From Eledone cirrhosa (lineage: Eukaryota): a stretch of DNA of 64,000 bases. This document shows, one piece after another, positions 50,765-64,000 of the stretch. The notes under the pieces were generated by a model. That model made no database searches. It saw only the letters and a program-made list of their open reading frames with translations, and was not told where the DNA came from. The stretch covers positions 20,521 through 84,520 of the forward strand of contig CAXHJY010000660.1 of assembly GCA_964016885.1 (NCBI GenBank). Reading direction: 5' to 3'. Position numbers and translations under genes: made by a program. Positions within the stretch are counted from its first letter, which is position 1. Each line of letters opens with the position of its first letter.

Positions 50765-52965
50765 ATCATCATCATCACCGTTTTACATCCGTTCTTCCAC
50801 GCTAGCATGGGTTAGACGGGTTGTCCTGTTGTTGGCAGTGTCTGGTCGGCTGACCATGCCTTGCTCATACATGAACTGATCTGGCTTGATTTCTACAGCT
50901 GGATGCCCTTCCTAACACCAACCTCATTTACAGTGAGTGCTGGGTGCTTTTTCGTGGCGCCTACACGTCCACTTTACAGTGTGGGCTGGGTGCTTTTTTT
51001 GCCGTGGTACCTCCACGACCACCTTGCGGTGGGGGCATATTGTCTATATGCTTCAGCTTGTACCCATGGGAGGTCGGGTACTCTGTATTACTGCGTGACG
51101 CCAGAAGTCACGGTCGTGTGTCATTGTCTTTGAGAGGTGCAATTGGGTAAGGTCGGCTTTTATCACCTCATCCTAGGTCATCTTGGGTCTCCCCACTCCG
51201 CGGTTTCCATCAACTTCTAGTGCTCTGCACCTTTTTATGCAGCTGTCATCCTTCATACGCATCACATGTCCATACCAGCGCAACCGCCTCTCCTGCACAC
51301 AGCATTTGATTCCTTTTATGCTCAGTCTCTCTCTCAATTCATTTATGCTTTGTCGTTCACGTATATTACTGTTACACATCCATCGGAGCATGCAGGCTTC
51401 GTTTCTTTCTAATCTACGTAAGTCTTCCACCTTCAGCGCCCAGGTCTCACTACCATGTAACATTGCTGTTCATATACATGCATCATACAGTCTGCCTTTC
51501 ATTCTGAGGGAGAAGTCTTTTGCAGCTAGCAGTGGTAGTAGTTCCCTAAACTTCTTCCATCCCGTTCTTACCCTAGTTATTGTACTTTCTGAACACCCAC
51601 CTCCGCTGCTAATTCGGTCACCTAGGTAGCAGAAACTGTCTACTGTTTCTACAGGGCCCTCCCAGAGATTGGTGGTACTTGTTTCCTGTGGCTGTTTGCT
51701 GCTTGCTGTCTCAGCACAGCTGCTGCATGTGAATCCTACATTCTTAATTAAGCTTCCTGAGATCCCGCTACATCTCTTGTGTACCCATTGTTTGCATTTG
51801 GGGCAGAGAATGGAGTTCCTACCTACACCTTTCCTACATACTGAGCAAGGCCATTTCCCTGAGGTGATCTGGGTTCTGTTTTCTCGTCTACTTACAAGGA
51901 CCTTAGTCTTTGTCATGTTGACTTTGAGACCCTTTCTTTCTAGTCCCTGCTTCCAAGTTTGGAATTTCTTCTCTAGTTCTACCATAGATTCAGCTATAAG
52001 TGCGAGGTCATCAGCATACAGGAGTTCCCATGGGCATCCGGTCTTAAACTCCTCCGTTATTTCCTGCAGGACTATGATGAACAGGAGAGGGCTAAGAACA
52101 GAGCCCTGGTGGACCCCAACCTGTACGCTAAATTCCTCGCTATACTCATTGCTAATCCTAACTTTGCTGACTGCTCCCCTATACATGGCTTGTACCGCTT
52201 TCACAAGCCATTCATCTACTCCTAGTTTGCTAAGAGCCCACCAGATTACAGCACGTGGAACTCTGTCAAAGGCTTTCTCAAGGTCGACAAATGCTAAGTA
52301 GAGTGGCTTACTTTTAGCTAGGTACTTTTCCTGTAATTGCCTCACAAGGAAGAGGGCATCAGTGGTGCCTCTTCCTGGTACAAACCCAAATTGCATCTCG
52401 TCTATTTTCACCCAGTCCCTAATCAGCTGTGCTATAACTCATTGTTACTTTCATGACCTGGTCCATCAACTTCATACCTCTATAGTTCCCTCTATCTAGT
52501 GCATCGCCATTACCTTTGTAGCAGTTGACAATAATGCTACTGCACCAATCTTTTGGTATGGCACCTTCTAGTATTACCTGGTTAACGATGTGTGTGGTTA
52601 TAGTGTGACCTACAGACCCAGATGCCTTCAGCATCTCGGCAGCTATACCCGATGGACCGGTTGCCTTCCCCATCTTCATATCTTTGATTGCCTTACTTAC
52701 TACGCTGCTGCTGACTTGTACTGCTGGCCCCTCTATAGGGTCTACTTGGGGTAGGGTCTCTTCTTTCCATGCATTCTCCTCATTTAGTAATCTATCATAA
52801 TGACTCTTCCATGCATCTTTCTTCTCAGCACTTGTGAGGGCAAGCTCACCTTTATCATTCCGGATACACTTCTCTCCAATGACATCACAACTATCTCTGA
52901 CACACTGCCTCGCAATCTTGAATACCTCCTGTTTCTGGTCCTCACGTTGCAAAACATGCTTGAAA
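50765..52965 (-). mobile_element. RTE LINE subfamily B, 5'-truncated and disrupted
   Basis: Full RT motif set. Frameshift near 52440 and stop at 51173. (GAT)n tail, embedded in TA/TG arrays. Confidence 0.96.
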
Positions 52966-53016
<51 letters not shown>

Positions 53017-53265
53017 GTGTGTGTGTGTATATATGTATATATATGTATATATATATATGTATATATATGTATATATATGTATGTATATATATGTATATAT
53101 ATGTATATATGTATATATATATATGTATATATATGTATATATATATATATATGTATGTATATATATGTATATATATGTATATATGTATATATATGTATAT
53201 ATATATATGTATATATATGTATATATATATATGTATGTATATGTATATATATATGTATATATATG

Positions 53266-53296
<31 letters not shown>

Positions 53297-53324
53297 GTGT
53301 ATATATATATATATGTATATATAT
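52966..53324. repeat. TA/TG microsatellite
   Basis: Directly visible. Confidence 0.97.
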
Positions 53325-53673
53325 GGAGGCACATGGCTTAGTGGTTAGAGCATTGGCCTTGCAATCGAAAGGTTGTGAGTTCAATTCTCAGACCGGGTGG
53401 TGTGTTGTTTCCTTGAGCAAGACACTTTATTTCACATTGCTCCAGTTTACTCAGCTGTAGAAATGAGATGATAGGGACTGAGGTCCTTATCATTCCACTG
53501 CAAAGTGGTCGTGTAGGTGCCACAGCAAAAAAGCACCCAGCACTCACTGTAAATGAGGTTGGTGTTAGGAAGGGCATCCAGCTGTAGAAATCAAGCCAGA
53601 ATCAGTTCCCGTCCCACCCTTGCAAGCAGGGAAAAGCGGACGTAAAATGAAATGATGATGATGATGATGATGA
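53325..53673 (+). mobile_element. Full-length tRNA/CORE SINE with RTE-B-derived 3' end
   Basis: A-box TGGCTTAGTGG, B-box GAGTTCAATTC and core CCTTGAGCAAGACACTTTATTTCAC. 3' part matches the RTE-B UTR. (GAT)n tail. Confidence 0.92.
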
Positions 53674-54790
53674 TATATGTATATATATGTATATGTATAT
53701 ATATGTATATATATATATGTGTATATATATGTGTATATATATATGTGTGTATATATATGTGTATATATATGTGTATATATATATGTGTATATATATGTGT
53801 ATATATATATATGTATATATATATATATGTGTATATATATGTGTATATATATATATGTATATATATATATATGTGTATATATATATATGTATATATATAT
53901 ATATGTATATATATATATGTGTATATATATATATGTATATATATATATATGTATATATATATGTATATATATATGTATGTATATATATATGTATGTATAT
54001 ATATATGTATGTATATATATATGTATGTATGTATGTATGTATATATGTATGTATATATATATGTATGTATATATGTATGTATATATGTATGTATATATAT
54101 ATCTATGTATATATGTATATATATATCTATGTATATATCTATGTATATATGTATATATATATCTATGTATATATGTATATATATATCTATGTATATATGT
54201 ATGTATATATATATATGTATGCATGTATGTATATATATATATGTATGCATGTATGTATATATATATATGTATGCATGTATGTATATATATATATGTATGC
54301 ATGTATGTATATATATATGTATGTATATATATATATGTATGCATGTATGTATATATATGTATGTATGTATATATATATATGTATGCATGTATGTATATAT
54401 ATATATGCATGTATGTATATATATATATATATGCATGTATGTATATATATATATGTATGCATGTATGTATATATATATATGTATGCATGTATGTATATAT
54501 ATATATGTATGCATGTATGTATATATATATATGTATGCATGTATGTATATATATATATGCATGTATGTATATATATATATGTATGCATGTATGTATATAT
54601 ATATATGTATGCATGTATGTATATATATATATGTATGCATGTATGTATATATATATATGTATGCATGTATGTATATATATATATATATGTATGCATGTAT
54701 GTATATATATATATGTATGCATGTATGTATATATATATATGTATGCATGTATGTATATATATATATGTATGTATATATATATATGTATGT

Positions 54791-54824
<34 letters not shown>

Positions 54825-54869
54825 GTATATATATGTATGTATGTATGTATGTATATATATGTATGTATG

Positions 54870-54905
<36 letters not shown>

Positions 54906-55058
54906 TGCATGCATGTATGCATGTATGCATGCATGCATGTATGCATGTATGCATGCATGTATGCATGCATGCATGCATGCATGCATGCATGCATGCATGC
55001 ATGCATGTATATATATATGTATGTGTGTGTATGTATGTATGTATGTATATATGTATGT
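53674..55058. repeat. TA/TG array grading into TATGCATG and (GCAT)n units
   Basis: Directly visible. Confidence 0.97.
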
Positions 55059-55060
55059 TA

Positions 55061-55670
55061 TGTCAGGTCACCAGTTGGTGCTACTGGTAACATGTATCCC
55101 AGTACAACCTGACCCATGGTCGGGTCGTTGGCGACTAAACTGGCAACCCCACCAAGGTTTCTTGGTGAGGAGGGTGACTTTGGACATCCTGCAGGACTAA
55201 AAACAAGACCTGTCAAAGGGCAAAGGAGCTCTTAAGAGTCAATGGCCATCCAAAATCACCGGGAGAGATGACCCTTTAGCCTTTGTCAAGGCAGAATTCT
55301 AGGAGAAGGAAAACTCTGATATAACACCTGCAACTCTGATGGTATCCAATGATGTTGACTTGTTCTTCTTTTTGGTAAATATCATCTTGGTTAAGAGAGT
55401 GGGACTGGCTTTGTGCAGTGCCTTTGCTCACTATAAAAGCTTCACGGCACAGGCATTGCTTTATATCTGGAGATCTCTCTGCACTTGTCGTCACAGGGTA
55501 CCATGGGCCCAGCACTGTGTCTCAATATTTGTCACAAGTGTAGTGTTTGTACCAGAGTTTTCAAGTCGCTGGCTGGACTAAAAAGTCACTCTCGTTCAGC
55601 GCATCGGTAGGGGTTCTCCTATATGGATATAAAGTAGTGGCCGTACTCGAAAACGAGTTGGCAGCCACCA
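55061..55670 (+). mobile_element. Internally deleted (bipartite) RTE-like non-autonomous retroelement
   Basis: 5' part has the TAGGAGAAGGAAAACTCTGAT motif that I recall from RTE 5' UTRs. 3' part encodes [23 protein letters not shown] followed by a CTCG-AAAA-CGAG hairpin and a (TA)n tail. Confidence 0.62.
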
Positions 55671-56318
55671 TATATATGTATGTATATATATATATGTATG
55701 TATATATATATATATGTATGTATATATATATGTATGTATATATATATATATGTATGTATATATATATGTATATATATATGTATATATATATGTATGTATA
55801 TATGTATGTATATATATATATGTATGTATATATATATATGTATATATATATGTATATATATATGTATGTATATATATATATGTATGTATATATATATATG
55901 TATATATATATGTATATATATATGTATATATATATGTATATATATATGTATATATATATGTATGTATGTATATATGTATGTATATATATATGTATATATA
56001 TATGTATATATGTATATGTATATATATATATATGTATGTATATATATATGTATATATATATATATGTATGTATATATATATGTATATATGTATGTATATA
56101 TATATGTATATATGTATATATATATGTATATATATATGTATATATATATGTATATGTGTATGTATATATGTATGTATATATATATGTATATATATATGTA
56201 TATATATATGTATATGTGTATGTATATATGTATGTATATATATATGTATATATATATGTATATATATATGTATATGTGTATGTATATATATATGTATATG
56301 TATATGTATATGTATATA

Positions 56319-56353
<35 letters not shown>

Positions 56354-56554
56354 ATATATGTATATGTATATGTATATATATATGTATATGTATATGTATA
56401 TGTATATATGTATATGTATATGTATATATATATGTATATGTATATATATATGTATATGTATATGTATATATATATGTATATGTATATATATATGTATATG
56501 TATATGTATATATATATGTATATGTATATATATATGTATATGTATATGTATATA

Positions 56555-56589
<35 letters not shown>

Positions 56590-56644
56590 ATATATGTATA
56601 TGTATATATATATGTATATATATATGTATATGTATGTATATATG

Positions 56645-56675
<31 letters not shown>

Positions 56676-56788
56676 ATGTATGTATGTATATATATGTATG
56701 TATATGTATGTATATATATGTATATGTATATATATGTATATATGTATATGTATATATATGTATGTATATATGTATGTATATATGTATG

Positions 56789-56819
<31 letters not shown>

Positions 56820-56874
56820 ATATGTATGTATATATGTATGTATGTATGTATGTATATATGTATGTATGTATATA

Positions 56875-56910
<36 letters not shown>

Positions 56911-57148
56911 TATATGTATATATGTATGTATGTATATATATATGTATATATATATGTATATATATATGTATATATATATGTATATATATATGTATATGTA
57001 TATATATATATGTATATATATATGTATATATATATGTATATATGTATGTATATATGTATGTATATATGTATGTATATATGTATATATATATGTATATATA
57101 TATGTATATATATATGTATATATATATATGTATATATATATGTATATG

Positions 57149-57229
<81 letters not shown>

Positions 57230-57624
57230 GTATGTATGTATATATGTATATATATATATATATATATGTGTATGTATATATGTATATATGTATGTATATA
57301 TATATATGTGTATGTATATATATATATGTGTATGTATATATATATATGTGTATGTATATATATATATGTGTATGTATATATATATATGTGTATGTATATA
57401 TATATATGTGTATGTATATATATATATGTGTATGTATATATATATATGTGTATGTATATATATATATGTGTATGTATGTATATATGTGTATGTATGTATA
57501 TATGTGTATGTATGTATATATGTGTATGTATGTATATATGTGTATGTATGTATATATGTGTATGTATGTATATATGTATGTATGTATGTATATATATATG
57601 TATGTATATATATATGTATGTGTA

Positions 57625-57657
<33 letters not shown>

Positions 57658-57724
57658 ATATGTATGTATGTATGTATGTATATATGTATGTATATATATA
57701 TGTATGTATATATATATGTATGTA

Positions 57725-57760
<36 letters not shown>

Positions 57761-58553
57761 TGTATGTATATATGTATGTATATATGTATATATATGTATG
57801 TATATATGTATATATATGTATGTATATATGTATATATATGTATGTATATATGTATATATATGTATGTATATATGTATATATATGTATGTATATATATGTA
57901 TATATATATATATGTATATATATATGTATATATATATATATATGTATATATATATGTATATATATATGTGTATATATATATATGTGTATATATATATATA
58001 TATATGTGTATATATATATATATATATGTGTATATATGTATATATATATGTGTATATATGTATATATATATGTGTATATATGTATATATATATATATTTG
58101 TATATATATATATATTTGTATATATGTATATATATATATTTGTATATATATATATATTTGTATATATGTATATATATATATATATGTATATATATGTATA
58201 TATGTATATATATGTATATATGTATATATGTATATATATGTATATGTATATATATATGTATGTATATATATATATATATATATGTATGTATATATATATA
58301 TATATATATGTATGTATATATATATATATATATGTATATATATGTATATATATGTATATATATGTATATGTATATATATGTATATGTATATGTATATATA
58401 TATATATGTATATGTATATATATGTATATATATGTATATATATGTATATGTATATATATGTATATGTATATATATGTATATGTATATATATGTATATGTA
58501 TATATATGTATATGTATATGTATATATATATATATATGTATATGTATATGTAT

Positions 58554-58585
<32 letters not shown>

Positions 58586-58767
58586 GTATATGTATATGTA
58601 TATGTATATATATATGTATATATATATGTATATGTATATGTATATATATATATGTATATGTATATATATATGTATATGTATATATATATATATGTATATA
58701 TATATATGTATATATATATGTATATGTATATATATATATGTATATGTATATGTATATGTATATATAT

Positions 58768-58813
<46 letters not shown>

Positions 58814-58855
58814 GTATATGTATATGTATATATATATATGTATATGTATATGTAT

Positions 58856-58919
<64 letters not shown>

Positions 58920-59123
58920 GTATATGTATATATGTATATATATATATATGTATATGTATATATGTATATATATATATGTATATATATATATGTATATATA
59001 TATATGTATATGTATATATGTATATATATATGTATGTATATATATATATGTATATGTATATATATATATGTATATATGTATATATATATATATGTATATG
59101 TATATATGTATATATGTATATAT

Positions 59124-59173
<50 letters not shown>

Positions 59174-59411
59174 GTATATATATATGTATATATATATATA
59201 TGTATATATATATGTATATATATATATATGTATATATATATGTATATATATATGTATGTATATATATATGTATATATATATATGTATATATATATGTATG
59301 TATATATATATGTATGTATATATATATGTATATATGTATGTATATATATATGTATATATGTATGTATATATATATGTATATATGTATATATATATATATG
59401 TATGTATATAT

Positions 59412-59444
<33 letters not shown>

Positions 59445-59480
59445 TGTATATGTATATATATATATATGTATATATATATG

Positions 59481-59511
<31 letters not shown>

Positions 59512-59580
59512 GTATATGTATATATATATATATGTATATATATATGTATATGTATATATATATATATGTATATATATATG

Positions 59581-59613
<33 letters not shown>

Positions 59614-59871
59614 GTATATGTATATATATATATGTATATGTATATATATATGTATATGTATATATATGTATATATATATATATGTATATATATATGTATA
59701 TATGTATATATATATGTATATATATATGTATATGTATATGTATATATATATATGTATATATATATGTATATGTATATGTATATATATATATGTATATGTA
59801 TATATATATATGTATATGTATATATGTATATATATATGTATATGTATATATGTATATGTATATATATATAT
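55671..59871. repeat. ~4.2-kb TA/TG microsatellite array
   Basis: Directly visible, with essentially no C on the plus strand. Confidence 0.98.
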
Positions 59872-62800
59872 AATGCGAGCACTCCTCATTGTTTCGACCG
59901 CGGACGGCTAACATAACCCCATCGCCCCCCGCCCCTCACCGCCCCCAACCCCCAAACGCAATCCAAAACTTCAGAGTTGGTACCATAAATGTAGGCACCC
60001 TAAAGGGTCGCGCTAACGAGGTTGTAGAATTGCTTGAACGTAAGGAGGTCGATGTTTGTTGTATTCAAGAGACCAGGTGGAGGGGTGGGTCTGCTAGGTT
60101 CATTGAGGGTAAAAAACGTTGTTATAAGCTTTTCTGGGTGGGAAACGACGATGGGCTGGGTGGAGTAGGAATCATGGTAGCAGAAAAGTGGGCAGATAAG
60201 ATAATAGACGTAAATAGAGTGAACGACAGAATAATTAAAATACGACTTGTCCTCAATAGAACTACGGTGACAGTAATATCTGCGTACGCACCCCAATCCG
60301 GACTGCCCGGCACTATAAAAGACAGATTCTATGAGACACTGATGCTAACTACCTCCCAAATATCCGACAGTGACTATATAATTATCGCAGGCGACCTAAA
60401 TGGTCACGTTGGACAACATTGTGACGGCTACGACGAAATCCATGGAGGCTATGGGTTTGGTACTAGAAATGAGGAAGGCTCCAGAATCCTGGAATTCTGT
60501 GATGCAAATAACCTAACTATCTGTAACACTAACTTCAAAAAACGTGACAATCACCTGATCACCTATAGATCCGGGGAACACACAAGCCAGGTAGATTATA
60601 TCCTTACCAGAAGACGTGACAGAGTGTCTGTTGTTAACACTAAATCCCTCCCCCATGAAGAATGCACCTCCCAACATAGACTGATAATTAGCGACCTCAT
60701 AGTCAGGACGAGACGTACTCGACAACAGAAGAGGACTATCCTCAGGAGGAAAATATGGAAGCTAAAGGACCCCACAGCCAGGAATAAATTTCAAAGCATA
60801 TTACTTGATGCTTTCGACAGTAAGGAAGAACATTTAGTCGGACAATATAGAGGGAGAGTGGGAATTTCTGAAAGCAAACCTGCTGTTGGCGACAGACGAG
60901 GTCTGTGGCTGGAGCAGGCCTGTAGGCAGGAGGAGAGTAACATGGTGGTGGAACAGTAAGGTGGAGGGGTCAATTAAGGCCAAAAAGCAGGCTTGGAAAG
61001 TATGGCGGGATGGGGGAAGTAGAGAGGACTATCAAGTGGCCAGGAGGGAAGCTAGGAGACAAGTGTACTTAGCAAGAAGGGAAGCTGAGGAAAGAAAGTT
61101 CAAGCATGTTCTACAACGCGATGACCAAAAATGTGAGGTGTTCAGGATTGCTAGGCAATGCGTCAAGGAAAACCGTGATATTGTCGGGGAGAAGTGTGTA
61201 CTAAACGACGATGGCACACTTGCCATCACCGACGCTGATAAGAAGGTAGCTTGGAAGTGTCACTATGAAAGGCTTCTAAATGAGGAGAATAATTGGGAGA
61301 AAGGCAGTCTCCCCCATATCGACCCAATAGAGGGACCAGCAGTGTTAGTCGAGGGGAGTATAATAAGTAAGGCAATCAAGGATATGAAGACTGGTAAGGC
61401 GGCTGGGCCTTCGGAAATAGTTGCTGAGATGCTGAAGGCATCTGGCACGGTGGGACACACCATGGTCACCCGCATAGTTAACCAAGTCGTACAAAACGGG
61501 GTTGTTCCGAAGGACTGGCATAGCAGCATCATCGTTAACTGTTATAAGGGTAAAGGAGACGCCCTAGATAGGAGTAACTATAGAGGCATTAAATTAATCG
61601 ACCAGGTCATGAAGGTCACGGAAAGAGTAATAGCGCAACTAATCAGAGAGAGAATTGACCTAGATGAAATGCCTCTTTTCATAGTACGACAACTACAAGA
61701 GAAGTACCTAGCTAAAGGTAAACCCCTCTACTTAGCTTTTGTCGACTTGGAGAAAGCCTTCGACAGAGTCCCCCGCTCCATTATCTGGTGGGCTCTTAGA
61801 AAACTAGGCGTTGACGAATGGCTTGTGAGGGCTATACAAGCCATGTATAAAGAAACAGTCAGCAAGGTTAGAATTAACAACGAATATAGTGAAGAGTTTA
61901 GCGTAAAAGTCGGCGTCCATCAGGGCTCTGTTCTCAGTCCACTACTATTTATTATTGCCCTTCAGGCCATAACAGAGGAGTTCAAGACAGGCTGCCCATG
62001 GGAACTCCTATACGCAGACGACCTGACACTCATAGCGGAATCAATGGCCGAGCTAGAGAAGAAATTCCAAACATGGAAGCACGGCCTAGAGTCAAAAGGA
62101 CTTAAAATTAACCTGGCTAAGACCAAAGTACTAGTTTGTAGGAAAGAAAACAAGGCGGCGGTCCCTTCTGGGAAATGGTCGTGCTCGGTGTGTAGGAAAG
62201 GCGTAGGTAGAAACTCCATTTTATGTCCTAAATGCAAAGTATGGGTGCATAAAAGATGTAGTTGGATCACAGGTAGGCTAACTAAGAACATAGATTTTAC
62301 ATGTGGCCGGTGCTCTGGTGCAATAAGTAGCAGCAAGTGCCCACAAACTACTAGCTCTTTCAATTGCGCAGAGGGTTCTATAGAAATAGTGGACAGCTTC
62401 CGTTACCTGGGCGATAAAATCAGCAGTGGGGGAGGGTGCTCTGAAAGTACTGTAGCTAGAGTCAGAACTGGTTGGAAAAAGTTCAGAGAGCTTATACCAC
62501 TATTAGCTGCTAAAGGGTTCTCACTAAAAATGAAAGGCAGGTTGTACGATGCCTGCATACGAACAGCAATGCTGCATGGCAGTGAGACCTGGGCATTGTG
62601 TGCAGAGGATATACGCAGACTAGAGAGGAACGAAGCTTGCATGCTCCGCTGGATGTGTAACAGTAATATACGTGAACGGCAAAGCATAAACGAACTAAGG
62701 AATAAATTAGAGATAAGAGGGATCAGATGTTGTTTACTCGAGAGAAGGCTACGTTGGTATGGACACGTGATGCGCATGAAGGTCGATAGCTGTATAACAA

Positions 62801-63353
62801 AGTGCAGGGCAATAAAGATAGACGGTAGTCACGGAATAGGCAGACCTAGAAAAACCTGGGACGAGCTGATAAACTCCGACATCACACACTTACACCTCTC
62901 CAAGACAATGTCACTGGACCGAGACCTTTGGCGGTACTCAGTAACAGAGAAGACCCGCCTTACCTAAATATATAGTAAAACCTACTCCAGCCAGTAGGCA
63001 TCTCTAACAAATACACCCCGTCCCACCACCCCCACCCGATCCACACCACCCCGTTCTATGTAAAGTTATGTTGGTGCCGCGCCATCGAGGCCGAAACAAA
63101 TGAGATCGTGTAGGTGTCACGACAAAAAACACACAGTCCACGCTGTAATGTGGCCGTGTAGGCAACACGGTAAAAACCTCCCAGACCCACACTGTAAATG
63201 TGGTTGGTGTTAGGAAGGGCATCCAACTGTAGAAAACCTGCCAGACAGTCCTATGCGAGCAAGACAATCACTCTTGCCTCAAGTGGGACTACCCCCGTCC
63301 AAACCCATGCAAGCGTGGAACACGGACGTTAAACGTTGATGATGATGATGATG
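59872..63353 (+). mobile_element. Near full-length RTE LINE subfamily A (APE endonuclease + RT), inactivated
   Basis: EN motifs GTINV, IQETRW, SAYAPQ, AGDLNGH, VDYIL and SQH. RT motifs through LYADD. Frameshift near 60835 and 36-bp deletion at 61671. 3' stem-loop, (GAT)n tail and TA flanks. Confidence 0.96.
59889..62967 (+). pseudogene. RTE endonuclease-reverse transcriptase ORF, split by one frameshift and lacking the QFGF motif
   Basis: ORFs 59889-60959 and 60886-62967. DEMPLFIV here versus DEMQFGFVSGKSTTDALFIV in the sister copy. Confidence 0.92.
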
Positions 63354-63368
63354 TATATATATATATAT

Positions 63369-64000
63369 ACTCTTTTACTCTTTTACCTGTTTCAGCCATC
63401 CGGCTGGGCACCGCCCTTGTTGCTACACATTTTATCTCCAGCCTGTATAGGTTGGCCACTTGTGTAGGAGGGAGTTTGTTGCTGCTGCCCTTAGGTTTCC
63501 CTCGTGTCTTGCTGTGGGCTCATCCGGGATCCTGGATAACAAGGTGTCGAGATGTTTCTTAAAGACATCCACCTCCACGTCATGCAAGTCTCGCAGATGC
63601 CTCGGCAGCCTGTTGAAGAGTTGAGGGCCCTTGAATCCCAGGCTATTGCAATACCTGCTCCTTATTCTAGATGTGGAAGACGGGACCTTTGGCACCACAC
63701 AGTGACGTCCTGTTCGACGGTTGGTCCAGCTCCCAATGCCAAAGTTTGGTGCTAGTCCCTCCAGGATTTTCCACATCTAGATCACTGCGTATCTCTCCCG
63801 TGTTCGCTCCAAGGAGTAGAGGTTCAGTTCCTTCAACCTCTCCCAGTAGCTTGTCTCCCCTCATCTTGGCAATCCTCTTGGTGTAGCTTCGCTGGATTGC
63901 CTCAAGCTCTGTGGTTAGTTTGACACTATGGGGTGACCACAGCTGGGAGCAGTAGTCCAGGCGGCTTAGGACAAAAGTCCTCCACAGTGTCAACATGGTG
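63369..64000 (-). mobile_element. CR1-group LINE 3' end, continues beyond window
   Basis: SRLDYCSQLWSP...LEAIQR and WKILEG...LFNRLP...FKKHLD motifs with one frameshift. Tail GTAAAAGAGTAAAAGAG. Confidence 0.88.

Noticed and set aside
40336-52301. ORFs antisense to RTE copies
   Set aside because: They are shadow frames of the RT coding strand, repeated only because the elements are repeated.
53325-53400. tRNA gene-like sequence
   Set aside because: It is a SINE head. There is no complete acceptor stem, and it continues into the CORE and LINE-derived parts in several copies.
59872-59915. Possible HDV-like ribozyme at the RTE-A 5' end (CTCCTC...GGCTAA)
   Set aside because: P1, P2 and P3 pairings could not be completed.
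49051-59916. Very long Y/I/M/C/V/H/T-rich ORFs of up to 1454 aa
   Set aside because: They are translations of TA/TG microsatellite that are open in most frames on both strands.

Overview
AT-rich, repeat-saturated eukaryotic DNA, not prokaryotic. The repeat repertoire (RTE LINEs with (GAT)n tails, tRNA-headed CORE-type SINEs, Penelope-like remnants, very long TA/TG microsatellites) resembles a coleoid cephalopod such as Octopus; this is inference, with no database search. No intact host protein-coding gene can be demonstrated. There are only a few candidate exons (37916-38001 +; 14932-15048 and 8756-8828 -). Supported content: two RTE LINE subfamilies (six copies, one near full length at 59.9-63.35 kb) with a PHD-type zinc finger inserted after the RT YADD motif; a ~610-bp internally deleted RTE-like element; an internally deleted Ty3/Gypsy element with LTR ends and an AACAA target-site duplication; a CR1-group LINE 3' end; two CRE-like endonuclease remnants; Penelope-like remnants carrying hammerhead ribozyme motifs; at least three SINE families, two sharing 3' ends with LINEs in this window; piggyBac-, hAT-, Tigger- and Tc1-type MITEs; 57-, 33-, 23- and 70-bp tandem repeats; and a 49-63 kb TA/TG array nested with retroelements. 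Most long ORFs in the supplied track are microsatellite artefacts. I found no convincing wholly new biological system. The best leads are the ribozyme-bearing remnants, the TA-array retroelement nest, the bipartite RTE-like element, and minisatellites seeded at functional motifs. Coordinates were read by eye, and boundaries of old repeats are approximate.
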